From Toensbergia leucococca (Eukaryota), in contig JALDZS010000004.1 in NCBI GenBank assembly GCA_022813965.1, positions 124,001-188,000 on the forward strand: a stretch of DNA of 64,000 bases. The letters are read 5' to 3'. Under the pieces are notes generated by a model. That model was not told the DNA's origin and did not search any database. It saw only the letters and a program-made list of their open reading frames with translations. Position 1 is the first letter of the stretch, and the number at the start of each line of letters is the position of its first letter. Shown in pieces: positions 50,473 to 63,878 of this stretch. The position numbers and the translations under genes are program-made.

Positions 50473-53400
50473 TTACTCGCTCCCTTCCACGAGATCATAT
50501 TTTGCCACTTCCGCAGAAATGGCCCTGCCTTCAAGATACAAGTCTTCTACTTCCTCTTCAGCCTGTAAGCCAGTCCTCCACATGGCGTCTTCCTGCGAGT
50601 CATCGCCGCTCATGAACCTCTTTGCAGCCTTTGAGCCTTGCCATTTCTCGCGTTCTTTGTATACCAGCGCTGCCTCAAGCCCAGAGATCTTCAGAGGCTT
50701 CACGTTGCCTTGCTGATCAAGCTCCTCGGGAGGGATCCAATCATTCACCTTGCTTTCCATGAGATCCCGCATTTTAGGGTCGTGGTCTCTCTCAGTCTGC
50801 CACAGTGAGTTTCTCCAGCAGAACTTCATGAAAGCCAGCCAACATGAATCAGTAGCAAGGACAAAGGGATTGCCAATCACAATGAGCCCTTCCTTGGCTC
50901 TTGTGATGGCAACGTTGAACTTCTTCCTCTCTTCGATGATGCCAATGCCTCGCATTTGATCGGCCTCCATAAACCGCCTCCGAGCTCTCGTAGTACACAA
51001 TATAACGAATCGGCTCTCCAAGCCTTGAAAGGCTTGCGTGGGTCCAATATTCAAGCCCATGAGACCTATGCTTCTGGCTCTCTTTCGCAGCAGTCGAACC
51101 TGAGAGGCAAATGGTGACATGATGCAGATATCTCGCTGTTCGGTGATCATACCTGACTTCAGAAGGTCCTGCGCGTAAGTGATTGCCTTTGCAGCCTCGA
51201 ATACATTATACCATCCGCCGCCAATGCTCTGAACGTCTTCGCAGTCGTCTATGCCACTGTTACATTCAAACAGAATGGGCCAACCACGCCCGTACCATCC
51301 TGACCAGGTCAACAAGGAATCGACCCGAGTCGCTTCTGGTATGAGTGTGTTGTTATAGAAAAGGGACGAGGGAACGGCAAGAATAGCTGGATGGGAGCGA
51401 TAATTACGTATAAGGTTCACGAAGGGTGACTGTAGCATTGGAAGTCGGGGCCCTATGCGGTTTAGGTTCTTTCGTGCCAGAGGGTGAGAGGCGTACAGTG
51501 GTGCGTTTGAAAGGCGCTCGAAGAATGAGACCTGGAGAGTAGTTGATTTATTATATGTCCGAGGGTTTAGTTGATGTTGATCGCCTGCCATGACGAAGAT
51601 CGGGGTTGGAGTTGACGTCCAAGTATCGGGAGGCATGACAACTGAGAGAGGTATCATTGTCTCGGGTTCAGTGGCTTGAGCTGCCTCGTCTACAACGAGA
51701 GCGGCCCAATGCAAGGGGTATGTTGGAGATAAGAGCCCATGTCGGTGATGGAATGGATTGAGTGTCGTGGTCATACTTCGCTGTAGATTTACCAGGTCTC
51801 GATTCGTGACTCGAGCTTGGACCTAAGTAGATTTGTGAATTAATTCAGTTTCTTCGAGTGCTGTACTTAGTCATAAAACAGGATTGGGACAGCTAAACTT
51901 AGCAAACAAAGAGAGCTACTCCCAGGCTATGTACTAGATTGGGGACAGAAGCTACGAAGTACTCACAAGAATATCCGCATCCCGGCAAGTAGTTACAACA
52001 ATTTTGTATCCCATTAGGATGGGGAGAGGTGGCAAGTGGAAGATGTCCCCCTCAACGTAGCAATAATGTAGAAGCGTTTGAGGAACCTCAGCAAAGGTTC
52101 GCGAGTAGTTGTTCAGTCGTAGCATGGCTTTTGGATCAAAATTGGTCCTCAAGCGGTCAGCAAGTGTATCTGCAGCCGAATTTGACGGAGCACATAATAA
52201 TATGCTCCCTAGGAAATCAGGAGAAGTTGCAAACTGCCCGATTATCTCGCAAATTAATTTTGTTTTACCTGTACCTGGAGGCCCGTTAATTATGTACGGG
52301 AGCTCGCCATAATTTCTTGAGTGAACCGCGTTGACTGCTTTCTAAAAGACGTTTCAGCAAAAAGTTTACACATCCTTCCTGAGAAACTGACCTTCTGCTC
52401 GTAGTTTAGACTTTGATCAAGCCATGTCTGGGGAAATACAACTGACGGAAACGTTGTCTGCACGATGCCGCTCTCCTTGTCCGGGAACAACATGTTATAT
52501 AGCCAGGTCCGTTCCGTTTTGCTATCCAGGGCTTGTGCCACGTCTATCACAGCGCTCTGCAATGCTTCAACAGTGCGAGCCTGTACAACGAAACATACAT
52601 TGCATACCAAAGGCCCTGTGAGTATTAGACCCGGGGCTCGCACAATAATGATCTCATTGATCTTATCGACACCCTGAACTACCGCGCTAATCTGGTATCC
52701 GGTAAAACCAGGCGCAGGGTGGCCCTTCTCACGTCCACCACCGGGCATAAGCCATGAAGTCATCCCTTGAGGCAGTTTGGTCGCTGGATCCATGATGAGC
52801 TGGCGCAGCATGACAGTATCACCCAAAGTGACAGCGGGGGTGCCTTCGCGCAGACCTGAGACGCGAAGCGTATATGACTGTTGAGAAAGGTCTTTGATGC
52901 CTAAGAAGACACCAAACAGGTCATATGCCTTTGTTTCACGGATCTGAGCCTCCAAATCACTGGCCAGACAAGTCTCGAAGTAGTGCCTGAGGTTAAGCCG
53001 GCTGAGGTTATCTAGAGATTTTACATTCATCTGCTCATGCAGTTGAGGTAATGGCGTTTTTCGGGGAAGTAGCCGAAAGTAAGTGCCAGTGAACGTCGCT
53101 ACATAGCTGTCGAAGTCTATACCGCCAACTGCTGGCGTCGAAATCGGTATAGCTGGAGATTGATTTATGGCCAGGTAGGCTTCCGGCACAAAAGAATGAA
53201 CGTAGATATCTGGTCTCCACTGTGACCCTCCATTTGAGGGCCCAGGATTTGTAGCCTTGCCCCCTGATGTAGTATTCTCCGTATCCTTCTGATATGATTT
53301 CGGACCTGGGCTTTTTGAGACTTGCTCGATGTTGTCCCTAAAAGAGCTACTAGAAGCATTTTCCGAGGCGTCTGCCTCCAGAGATTGGGTTGAGTCCGGC

Positions 53401-53582
53401 TCTTGGCCAGTTTCAGAGGTATCTGATAGGGCTTGTTTTTCTTTAGAGACTGATTGATTTCCTGGGTTCGTTATCCGTAGACGGGTGTCTTTGCTTGCAG
53501 GCTTGGGAATCTGAAAGATGGCAGGATCTGGTTGTGAGGGTTTCCAAGTTGTCCATTTCTCTTTCTTCTTCTTTCCTGCCAT
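50473..53582 (-). CDS. UPF1-like superfamily-1 RNA helicase, MOV10/SDE3-like; introns 52391-52342 and 51966-51823
   Basis: LNYEQK|KAV, Walker A GPPGTGKTK, LLCAPSNSAADTL, VVDEAAQATEPE, AGDQHQLNP, LIRNYRSHPAIL, SPFASQV, FQGLE, FNVAITRAKEGLIVIGNP. The upstream V.GLREG.P.V..GD motif is MOV10-like. Confidence 0.88.
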
Positions 53583-53959
53583 GACAAGAAATACTATGAA
53601 TCTGGTGTCAAGCAGCAGCGCTGCCCAAAGACGATATTGACACTACAAGAACAAGCATATGGCTTTTTCAGCAGGCCTATATTATAAGAGCCAATTGGAT
53701 TGCTATCACCGTGTAACGCGGGATCAGCTTCAACTTCAATCGACACATAGATATGACGTTTCAAAGAATTTGGAGGCCCAAAGCCATGAGATGTATTGAA
53801 ATTATCAATTAGCAAAGGCATGTGAAAGTAGCAGTAGAACTCGCAATATAAACCTGATGCAAGACAACGCACAGGATGCTGCGGAATAGTAGTAGAAAAG
53901 TAAATTGAGTGTTGTCTCGGATACGTAATACTGCGCTAGGAGGGTTTACCCATTAGAGT

Positions 53960-55426
53960 ACCTTAGTGCGTCTCGCCAAACCCGGCTAGCATTGATAGCC
54001 GAAACCCTTGATATCACCCATTTGAGCACAGCGTACAGAGTATGCTAAGTCAAAATATTTGTGATTGCCAAATCTAACAGAACGTTATCGATGGAGCTGC
54101 AGCTTTGGAAAGCGTTTTGTGTGGTGCACTATTGGTCCGGCCAACACTCGAGGATCCCAAACAGCTGAAGAATCGCCTTCAATTGAAATTGAATTCTCTA
54201 TGACGGATCGATGCCCCAGACGCGGGATTGTCGAGGAACGACAGCTTGGAGTAGCGCGTGCTTGGCTTTTTCTAGGGATCCTAATGACTTGCATCTTGCT
54301 CAGCATGTGTAAAGAGACGGAATCGAGAAAGCTAAGATCATTGGTAGCTCTAAAGAAATATTTCGAAAAGAAAAATCACTAGGGCTTTGGTATCAGTCTT
54401 GTGGGCTCTGATCGATCAGGTACCATATGTATGTTCAGTGCAGGTCGTGCAAGTGGTAATGTGTTACGGTCTAAAGGCTCATTATGCTATTGCCATGGAT
54501 TTGGACCATTTGCAACGATCTGACGAAGCCCCCCTTTCTCGTCCGAATGAAGTCGGAACACTGCCTCTAGCAGTCCTCAGAAATGCGAGCATATTCCGTG
54601 CAAGAAGAAGCACCGCTTTGAAATCAGGAATCAAAAGCCTTCCAGATAGCAAAAAAATGGTACACGCCAAATCCAAGATGATCGAGTCAGCACCTTGACG
54701 AGAAGTATCAGGTACAGATCAATTGGAGCTCTAGCCGCAATTGTACTTTTCTCCACAATTGTGAGGCTAGGTAATCATCTGATCAAGTATTGCTCACTAA
54801 AATCTGCTCCCCGTTCAGGATGTCCTTTATACTATTCAGAAGAGTTCGATTCAAGTTTGAAGCTTTCGATTCATTCTAATTGTGAGCATGAACCTCGCTT
54901 GTATGCTAATCAGAGCAAAGGACTTCCTAGTCTCCCAGAGTACTGAACAGTAGAACAGAAATTGAAACAAGTCTTCGCCGTAAGTTTTACACGCGTGCAA
55001 ACAAGATGGGTTTTGTTGTCATACGTCCAACCTCCTCGATTGCGTGCCCTTATGCTGGGCGTCTCCTCCTTTCTGTGTCTCCGAGTAGCTGCCTTCCTAT
55101 TTCAAAAATGCCGATTATGCTTCCTGATCTATTCAATGCTCATCATCTGCGCTCATTCGAAGTGCTATGAAGATATCAGGTCAACTGTGTGTCTACACAA
55201 AAGCCAGGCGAAGAAATTTGCTATACCTCTTGAGCTCCTCTTTTTCTCCCTTGAGATCAACGACTCGTCCCCCGCTAGCATCCTTGTACGGAGGTGGAGA
55301 TGACTCTTGGTAAGGTGGAGGTGTCTGCTTTGATGTCCGCTTAAAAGAAGGGAAGATTTTCATCGGTGGGGCCCGCCACGTTGGGTCTGTGGGATCGTGG
55401 CGGAAGTTGGGGAAGCCTCCAGGCAT
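53960..55426 (-). pseudogene. Possible decayed accessory gene (or a short 77-aa gene at 55426-55193)
   Basis: TATA-like TATATAAATA at ~55634-55625, a CT/CA-rich leader and AAAATG context precede MPGGFPNFRHD...PPPY..PPPY. The frame then hits several stops with fragmentary ORFs downstream. Confidence 0.35.
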
Positions 55427-55932
55427 TTTTGATTAAAGGGTTGAGACTTTGGTAAAGGTAGGTAAGGGTTTGGGATGAGGGTTAGTGAAGTAGACGTAGT
55501 GTTGTTTTGTTGGATGGAAAGGCTGCGTAAAGAAGTGGATATTCCTAGGGAGCTGGCTCAGGAAAGATTGGATTGAAGGATTATTGTCGATCTGAGGATG
55601 AGTTCATCTACGAGGCATAGCTGTTATTTATATAAAGCCAGGAGGATAATATCATAAACATGACTCCATCAACGTACCGCCATGTTACACAAGAACTCCG
55701 ATACCCAAGCCCGAATCCAGCAAGATTGACTGAGTCATCCGTAGTATTAAGCACTATAATTGCGCGGCATGTGGAGTCAGCTCAGCCTACGTTGACAATA
55801 ATAGGTAGTCGTAGACAAAGAATTAGTACCTGTCGCTACTGCGAACATGGTTTGTAATCCATCAATCACAGTCACAGCGCATGGACGAATCAGAAGTCTA
55901 TACTTGACAGCTTGTAACACTAAGCAACAAAG

Positions 55933-55980
55933 AATCGTAAGCTGGTAATCGTAAGCTGGTAATCGTAAGCTGGTAACCGT
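55933..55980. repeat. Tandem repeat AATCGTAAGCTGGT x3 plus a partial fourth unit
   Basis: Three exact 14-bp copies at 55933-55974, followed by AACCGT. Confidence 0.9.
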
Positions 55981-58624
55981 GGTCTACGTAGACTGGTGAA
56001 ATGGCGTGCCTAGGTAATTCCGAATTGAAATCCGCATTCAACTCCGCAAGCAGCTTCGCTTCACACACCGAATTCCGAGACGTGGCACCTTAGTCGGCAC
56101 CGACAAAAGTCGTAGTAGGCAGCAAAGCCATCTCCGCAATATCTTGGAACTTCTAGTACTGTATCTCGATATCAGGTGAACAATCTCAACAGTCATTTGA
56201 TTTATGTGATCAATGGAAACAAGCCGAAGAAATACTTGGCAAAGAACCCGAGTCGGTGTAGAATATTCTGGCGCCGGTTTCAGCTGAAACTCTCTTTTGA
56301 CGCTAACTTTCCTCTACAACATTGCTCACTGCTCAAGCAAAGCCTCGACCCCCTTTCTCGCGCTTAAATTCGCTATTCTTTTTTGTTTGTTGTGGGTTGA
56401 GTATGTATTCGCCATTGACATCTAAACTTGACTCAGAGCCGTTTTGATGATTTTTCTTCGGTCGAGCTGTCTGTCCCTTTAATATATCTATCAATCCTTA
56501 CAACGAGAAGTTCCTACTGCATGGTGAGGGATGAGTGCTGGCTTGAGAGGTTCCTATGGGCTGTCCGGCTTCTTCCGAAGAAGAAGCTCAAGGCGATTCC
56601 AGGCCCACGCGATCAGACGGTTGAGGACAACCACGACAACTGCGGCCACGTCAATGACAGTCCCAGTATCAATTTCCATATCAAAATAAAATTATTATCG
56701 TAGATGGATAAGAATATGGAGGTGACTTTGAAAGAAGAGAAAGAAAAAAAGAATTGATCGACTTCTTCATTGACCGCTTCACTCTGGTCATGGCGAGATT
56801 GGCGAGATTAATCAATATGTAGTGATTTTTCCTTTGGCCTCTCCGCATCGGGAGCTCGCCGACCTGAAAGAGACTGGTGAATTTGTGCTATCGAAGGCTG
56901 AGAATCTTTGTTCTAGGTACGAAGCTGTTTGTAAACTCACTGCTTCGTTCATGAACGAGGCGGACATATCTAGGGTCTTTCTTGGGTAGATGTGAGAGGA
57001 TATAGTTCAAAAGAGAGGTGAGTAGAGAGCTTAAGAAGTTGGTGCTTTATGCCGCCTAATTTTAGGGTTTCGCTGATAGTTAGGCTTTGGTGCGTATTTA
57101 GGTCTCTATGCCTTCAGTCTCCGGCTAGAGTAAGAGTTAAGAGTTTGAGCAGTCCAACCTCAGATATCTCGTATTCGTCATCCTAGTATCTCAACAATTT
57201 TTTTTGAAAAAAAGGAAAGCTTCTATTCATTAGTACAATTCTCGCCTCGCATTTTCAAATGGAAGTCTCTCTCAACCTCACTCCACCAGGCACCAACCCC
57301 CTTCTTCATTCCCTCCTTCAAGTTATCTGTACCGTGTTCTGTCATTATGCAAAAATTCATGAGCTTCACAAAATCTACGTAGAATAGATGTTTTCTTTCT
57401 GTCTTCGCTCTCACATTCGTAAAAGCTCTTGAGATTAAAAAGATTCTGGAGCGGATCACGTCGTGGAAACGATCTAGCGGTTACTTCATCTACGATACCG
57501 TGCTGCAGGCAACCGTGAAATGTGAACAAGCCCGCGAATTCTTTCTTTCTTTGCTTCTCCAAAAGAGGAGTAGCTTGACTGTATGATTTAGTGTGGGATG
57601 CTGTAGGAATGTCACATGGAACAGATTCAGGAAGTTTTTTCCCCCTTGAACGCTAGAAAACTTGCAAGGGTTTGCACTGACGCCTTTTCTAGAGGGGACT
57701 TTGGACTGATTGGTTACTGGGTTGTTTGCTATGAGGGAGATTGCGGCACCCTTCCGTTGGTTGATGAGACTGTTTGCTCACTATATCTTTCAGATATAGG
57801 ATATTGTGATTACACTTCTTTCATTCTCCTTTTGCTGTATAGGAGCTTTTCCTTCAACGGCGTCTTTACTCATGAAGATCTCGAATTTTGAGGGCGCGAT
57901 ACAACTTACAATAGCCCGTATCTTCTACCGTGAAATCTGTCGCAGCATCGATTTTCTTGGAACGCTCGACATTGTGCCCAACATTTCTTTTGCTGAGAGT
58001 AGGAACCTAGTTTCCGAGTACAAAGGCGCCGAATTTCTGATTAGGATGATTCATTGGAGTCAAGAGCTTGCCATTTTGAGAAATGACTGATGGTCCATGC
58101 AAGCATACCGTGACTGTGCAGGAAGAGCAATCTTTAGTGTTTATCAAGTGAGACTGAGGTGACCGCGACGCGTTTTGCTGTGTTATTCACGGTGTTTGTG
58201 ATTCATGGATTTCACCTCTTACACTCGCGTATCTTAGTCTTGTGTCTCTTTCTTTCTTTCTCTCCTTCTCTCTTTACATCAGAATCCTCCTTTGTCTTAT
58301 ACTGTGTGGTGTATATAGAGACACGTACCCTTTCCTATTACCTTGTACGGACACTCATACTGAGCCTGGGAATCATAAGAACCGGGGAGGCGCAATGGAC
58401 TTCTCAACGATCATCCTTTGATCACCATCACAAACATGCTTCTCTCATTTTCTAGCACATCCTTGGTATCAACTGTCATCCAGCATCTTGCACAGAAAGT
58501 GTCAGTATCCTTATTGCCGTCGGAATATATGGAAAACAAGACCAATTCCAGGTCATTGCGACTGTTGGATTAACTGCTGGAGGCCAACAGCAAACTGTGG
58601 ATGTGCATCAATTTCGACCGAGCC

Positions 58625-58972
58625 GCAGAAATCAAAGGAGCAAGTACCTGATATTGAAGAATAGATCAAATGATCATGTGTCGAGCACAGAAGAAGCCCA
58701 CACTTGAAGAATCAGAATGGGGCTCTTCATCTAATTCAGAGTCAGCGAAGCAGCCAGCCCCTTAAGCTTTCAGGCGTCAGAATCTATAGCTCAGACACTT
58801 GAATCAAAGACTCTTGATACGAGCTCAACATTCCTATTCGACAAGATCAGTTTGATGTAATCGCACGACTCTGTATCTCAAATCGATTTACCAAGCAGCA
58901 GAAGCCAAAGGAGCAAGCGCCTGATGTCGATGAGCAGGATGGATGATCCAATTCCAAGCACAGAAGAAGCCC
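58625..58972 (+). repeat. Degenerate 75-bp direct repeat pair (58625-58699 and 58898-58972)
   Basis: Both copies read GCAGAA..CAAAGGAGCAAG..CCTGAT.T.GA.GA....AGCACAGAAGAAGCCC, offset by 273 bp (91 codons). Confidence 0.8.
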
Positions 58973-59538
58973 TAACTCAGTCATATTAGGATGATCCAAG
59001 ACGAGCTCCCTATTACTGGGTTGAGGGGTGAGGATTGAAAAGACCCACTGCCATGACGTCCTCCGGAACAGGGCGCCAACGAGTCCCGCCCATCAGGCAC
59101 TGATCCTTTGCAGTCCGCCCGCACTCAACCATCAGGGTGAGAGAGAAGGCCGTTCAGGTATTGCGGATAGAAATGGGCCTGTTCTGGGCTGATGAGGAAG
59201 CGGTACTTATCGCCCATCCGCCAACGAAGAAGGAGGAGGCTATCGATCCACTGGCCAAGGCTCTTAAGTCCGTGTGCGACCTACGCCCTACGACACCAAC
59301 TCCTTCACAGTACGCCAGTCGTCATAGCACAAGTAGTCGAGCCATAGACGGGAATTGATGACGGTCAGACTCTTATCTGTCAGCTCGAAGGGTCTGAGAT
59401 TTCGAAGTGCCTCGAGCTGGAATGTCGCGCAGATTGCAATGTTAATCACGCTTCGTATATATCCTCTTCTTCGCCCTCGACTCGAGGCAGCCTGTGCCAA
59501 CACCTAGAGCCAGTTTCCGTCCGTGGGCTAGCGAAGAA

Positions 59539-59830
59539 ATGTCTAAGTCAGGGGTTCCGCAACTGCTCAGTACTATCGTGGCCAATGTCATGGATGGCAT
59601 TGCCGATCTACCGACTCTATACAATCTCGTCTCCGTCTCCTCCATGGCCAGAAACGTTATCCATACACTACGCGGAGACTTTCCTAACATTAGTCATGTC
59701 TAAGAAGCCCTCATTTGGTTTAGCCGAGCAATATTTGACTCATCAGATGGACATCGCGGAATTCATTAATAAATACCTCGATGACAGCAACCTCTCCCTA
59801 CGCCTGCGAATGAAGCATTGGATACCTTGA
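59539..59830 (+). pseudogene. Fragment of an F-box-like fungal hypothetical gene, disrupted
   Basis: MSKSGVPQLLSTIVANVMDGIADLPTLYNLVSVSS resembles the fungal LP.EI...I...DL.TL.NL...S N-terminal motif. A stop or frameshift follows at ~59703. Confidence 0.35.
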
Positions 59831-62800
59831 ACGTTTTCAAATGGTCCTTTTTCTAGCCATAAGTTGCTCTCAGCTGTCTTCTGTCCGTTTGAAAATGTGT
59901 GGGCCAAAGGCGCCCTCCATGTGGAGTATGAACATGACCTACGGGGGGACCGATCCTAGTTCTCTAGTAGAAAATCGTTCGGGAAGAATCGATCTATCTT
60001 CTATACGGCTTGGAACTCAAGATGCAACAAGCAGGCATTTTACATACAGACAGTCACTTCATTGTCATGACAACAATCCACTAACGCGCTGTGGCAAGAT
60101 GAAAATCTTTGAAAACCCAATGAGATGACATGAAAAAGCTCATCGCTACTGTAAATGAAGACCATATTTTCCAGGGAGGGACGCAGTCGGCTCCAAAAGA
60201 CTGCGATCTTATTATTATAGAATGTCTACGAGAAATCTATGCCGTTGGGCACGTGATAAAGTATCTGCACCAGGTAGCCCGATTCGCTATAAAGAATCGG
60301 GGACCGAAAGGAGGAGATTCCTCAGAAGTACCGCCCAGCATGGGAATAAAGCCAACTACCAACCCGGAAATGACCAGAGTTAGATGTGGATTTGCAACGG
60401 ACTCGGCAGAACCTAAGTCATGGATAGAATCAAATGCCACCAAGAGCGTCGCCGGCAAGGCTGTCTATCTAATCATTTCAGACGCAAAGGAAGACGGTGA
60501 TTTCCGCTACCGCTGAGTCCAAGGAGACTTCGGCGACAAAATGTCAAACAAAAGACGCATACTGTTCGATCATTAATGAAAGAAACGTATCATTTATCGA
60601 AAACTTCCAGTGGAAAGAGGATAGGCAAGAAGCCGTAAGTAACGCCGCCAAAGCACATCGGGACTTGAAATCAATGCACATGCCATCTATGAGTTGCAGT
60701 GCGAAGAATACGTGACGGCGCGGAAGATATGGGAATGGGAGCTAGTCTTGTGGGCATGAAACAACCTTGATGACACGATAATTTGGCCAAGGCTTGAGTT
60801 GAGTTTGGATGAAATTAGGGGGCTCGCTGGACCAATAAGACAAGTACCTGGGATATAACATGGGGAACCCAGAGTTGATGCTAGGAAGCTGATCGAATTA
60901 CGAGAGAACCCCGTGCCAGCACTAGTACGACTAGAAGACCTAATGAACTCAGATACGAAGCCACACCAGAGGCTTGCATCGCAAGGTCCTTACTGGCCAA
61001 CGATGTAGCTGCCCAATCCTTCACGGCAAATCGAAGAGACGAAAGAACAGTCCACTCCAATAGGAACGCGTGCGGGATCGACAAAGCGACCCGAGCCTTG
61101 CTTTATATTACTCCAGAAACGGACCTGGGCCTCACAGATCGCATCTCCATACACGCTACGATTGCTTGGAGTTATGTTTTCAATCTGGCCGCGATATAAA
61201 GACCTCTTGATGAACATGGGTTCTACCACGAATCTCTTCGCAGACGTGCCAAGGCATATTTTCCTGGCATATCTTGTGAATGCGGATGCACTGGGTTTTA
61301 AGCTGGTACTTGTACCGAAAACCGAGAATAATTGACTTCGCCATCGCGATACTAAGAAGAACACTTTTCGACGGTGTTTTTTAGAAGCATAGCAATGACA
61401 GTTCAGCTAAATTGCAGGATATCTTCAGCCAGCTTATGGAAGAAATCAGAGCAAGAAAGACTAATTCAGGACATCTTTGGTTGACCACCGTTTGAGAGAA
61501 AATTTATCTACTAAGATAACCTGGAAGTGAAGTGCGGACAAGGTCGTTGATTCTGATCGAAGTTGCAGCCGCAAGAAGGTTTTTATGGAACGCCACCAAG
61601 GAAAAGACAGCACACTTTGAGATAGTACGCCCAAAAAACCAACGGGAGCTATATCAAGACTCCAAAGTTGAATCAAAGCAGAGTGAGACTCTACAAAGTT
61701 CGGTCTCATCTCGTCACTAAGAGCAGAAGACATATACTCTGAAAAAGGGCAATTTCAACCAGTCTCTCGATGCCAATAGCAGCGAGATATATCACTATGA
61801 TGAAAGCTTCGCAGATCCCGATGTTTGAAAAGGAGGTCAAGAGGAGTTGGAATGCTGCGTCGAGTCATAAAGGTGTAGGGATAAAGTGACAGAAAAAGCG
61901 TTCCGTGGTGGAATGACTAAAGAGATTAAATATCATAAGAGTGTCCTGATCATTCTGACAGCGATGAAGGTGATCAAACCCTTCTTGGGAAGATGTAGCA
62001 ACAACTCCTTACTATTTCGGTGTTCTCCTTTACATGGGTGGATTGGTGATGACGCTCCACATCATGATACCGTTTTGGTTTTTTGTTTATTCTGTTCGAA
62101 TCAATTTTCAATGTGTTTTCATGATATACTCACATTGATGTACGCTTCAAAGGTGGCCATATATTAAGAATAAAAATCAGTACCCTTGCCAGCTAAGTTG
62201 AAGAAATAACTTCGAGGGTGATTTGAGAGATTGCTGTGTCGTTGCCGAGGGTTTTCACGGCACCCACGGTGCCTCAGGACATGGATGATGTTTTGGCGCA
62301 AAAAGACGGAAAATTTCCATGGCACTGAGAGGAAAAACCCTCCGCCCACTCATTGTACTTAACTGTACTGTACGAGTATCCGTACTCGCAGAAATCGATT
62401 CTTCTCGCCCACATCGGCACTCATACCTGACACTTGAAACCTCTATTCTTCATTTGATGATCCCTATTATTCAAGACTTACCCTGCTTTCTGGCCTATCT
62501 CCGCCCATTCCGTCCAAAATCTTTCCGTTCTTACCTAGTTGCCGATTTGAAGTAGGTATGCTGAGGACGTCACGTAATTGAATCATGAAATAGGCACAGA
62601 TACATAAGGTATTAGAACAGGAGTTTTAAGAGTATTGTTCAATCACGGTTTATTCCCCGAAGAAAAGTAACATAAGCCCAGAAACATCCAGTTCGGGGTA
62701 GGATCACGGGCTCGAAGTGATTACATGGTCCAATCGTAGATTAACGAGACGATAATTGATAGATCAGAGTACGGAGTACCTATTCAAGATATCAATGGCG

Positions 62801-63764
62801 TTTTTGCGAGATACGGCGCAAACTCCGCTATCGAAGCCATATCCGCTTCTGAGAAGCTGGAAGCTACCGATAACTTACCTAGGCATCTCTATCGAGACAA
62901 CGCCACAGTATCCGAAAGGTTTAAGGATGGAAAGGCTTTGCGTGGGGGTGTCTGAATGAGCCGTATTGAGAAAAGGGGTTAACGAAAATAGCCATAAAAT
63001 CTGCATATGTCGATCATGATCCTGGGTGTCGATGAAAATGTGGTTAGCGTATCTTGGCGAAGGTCTTGCTTCATGGTCCCTAAGACATATCGGGACATTG
63101 AATAGAATGAATTGGCTTGCGTCTATTGAGAGAAGATCAACTTTTAATTTCACCTCAGTGAAAAAGGGCACGTTTTTCCATATGAAACCAATCATGTGGC
63201 ATTTCGGAAAGCCGTCAATATTATCGGCCCGGCTTGTTCTCGATACCCTGTAGGCTAAAATATGGCAATTGGCAATTAGAGGGTGCCGTGCACGGACTGG
63301 ACCCTCAACAGCTGAAAGGTGAAAAGTGAAAGCTGAGCATAAACACTGTCAGACACCTCGACGCTATTCCTTCATCCTCAATCCTTCTCTTCGTGCACAT
63401 ATCCCACTTGCAACTGAGCCATTCTTCTTCCCTGCCTCCGTTCACTTGCCAATTCCTGAGGCTTTGGATTGCTACAAGCTTGATTGCACACCAGATCGTA
63501 AGATAACCTCTTTCCCCTCTTTCCCAGACCTCGCACAAACTCTGTCAAACTCGACACATGGATCGGCCTCTCAAGGCATGCTCTGGAATTGATTTGATGC
63601 TCATGCAGTTTGCCGTGTCCGAGTCGTCACATGTACACGTCCCTCAATTGAGCAAGTAAACGTGTACTTAAATTTCACAAATTCACATACCTTCTCGAAT
63701 GTTGTAGCTAATGTTCAATTGGAGTACAGCCTCCTAATTCCGAACATCAGCATCCTCTATCACT

Positions 63765-63878
63765 ATGGCATCGGCAATACGCAGTCTACCAGGACACCTC
63801 AAGTCCTCAGCTCTGAGTAATGGGGATGCAGAAGGTGCCTTCCAACGCAAGCATCATGGAAAGTCACAATCGCACGTG
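63765..63878 (+). CDS. UGP1: UTP-glucose-1-phosphate uridylyltransferase, exon 1 only (gene continues beyond the window)
   Basis: MASAIRSLPGHLKSSALSNGDAEGAFQRKHHGKSQSHV followed by a GTAAGT donor at 63879. The HHGK(S/T)QSH N-terminal motif is characteristic of Pezizomycotina UGPase. Confidence 0.78.

Noticed and set aside
57055..57072. TTAGGG-like sequence (telomere or telomerase template?)
   Set aside because: Single copy only, with no tandem array and no full TAACCCTAA template.
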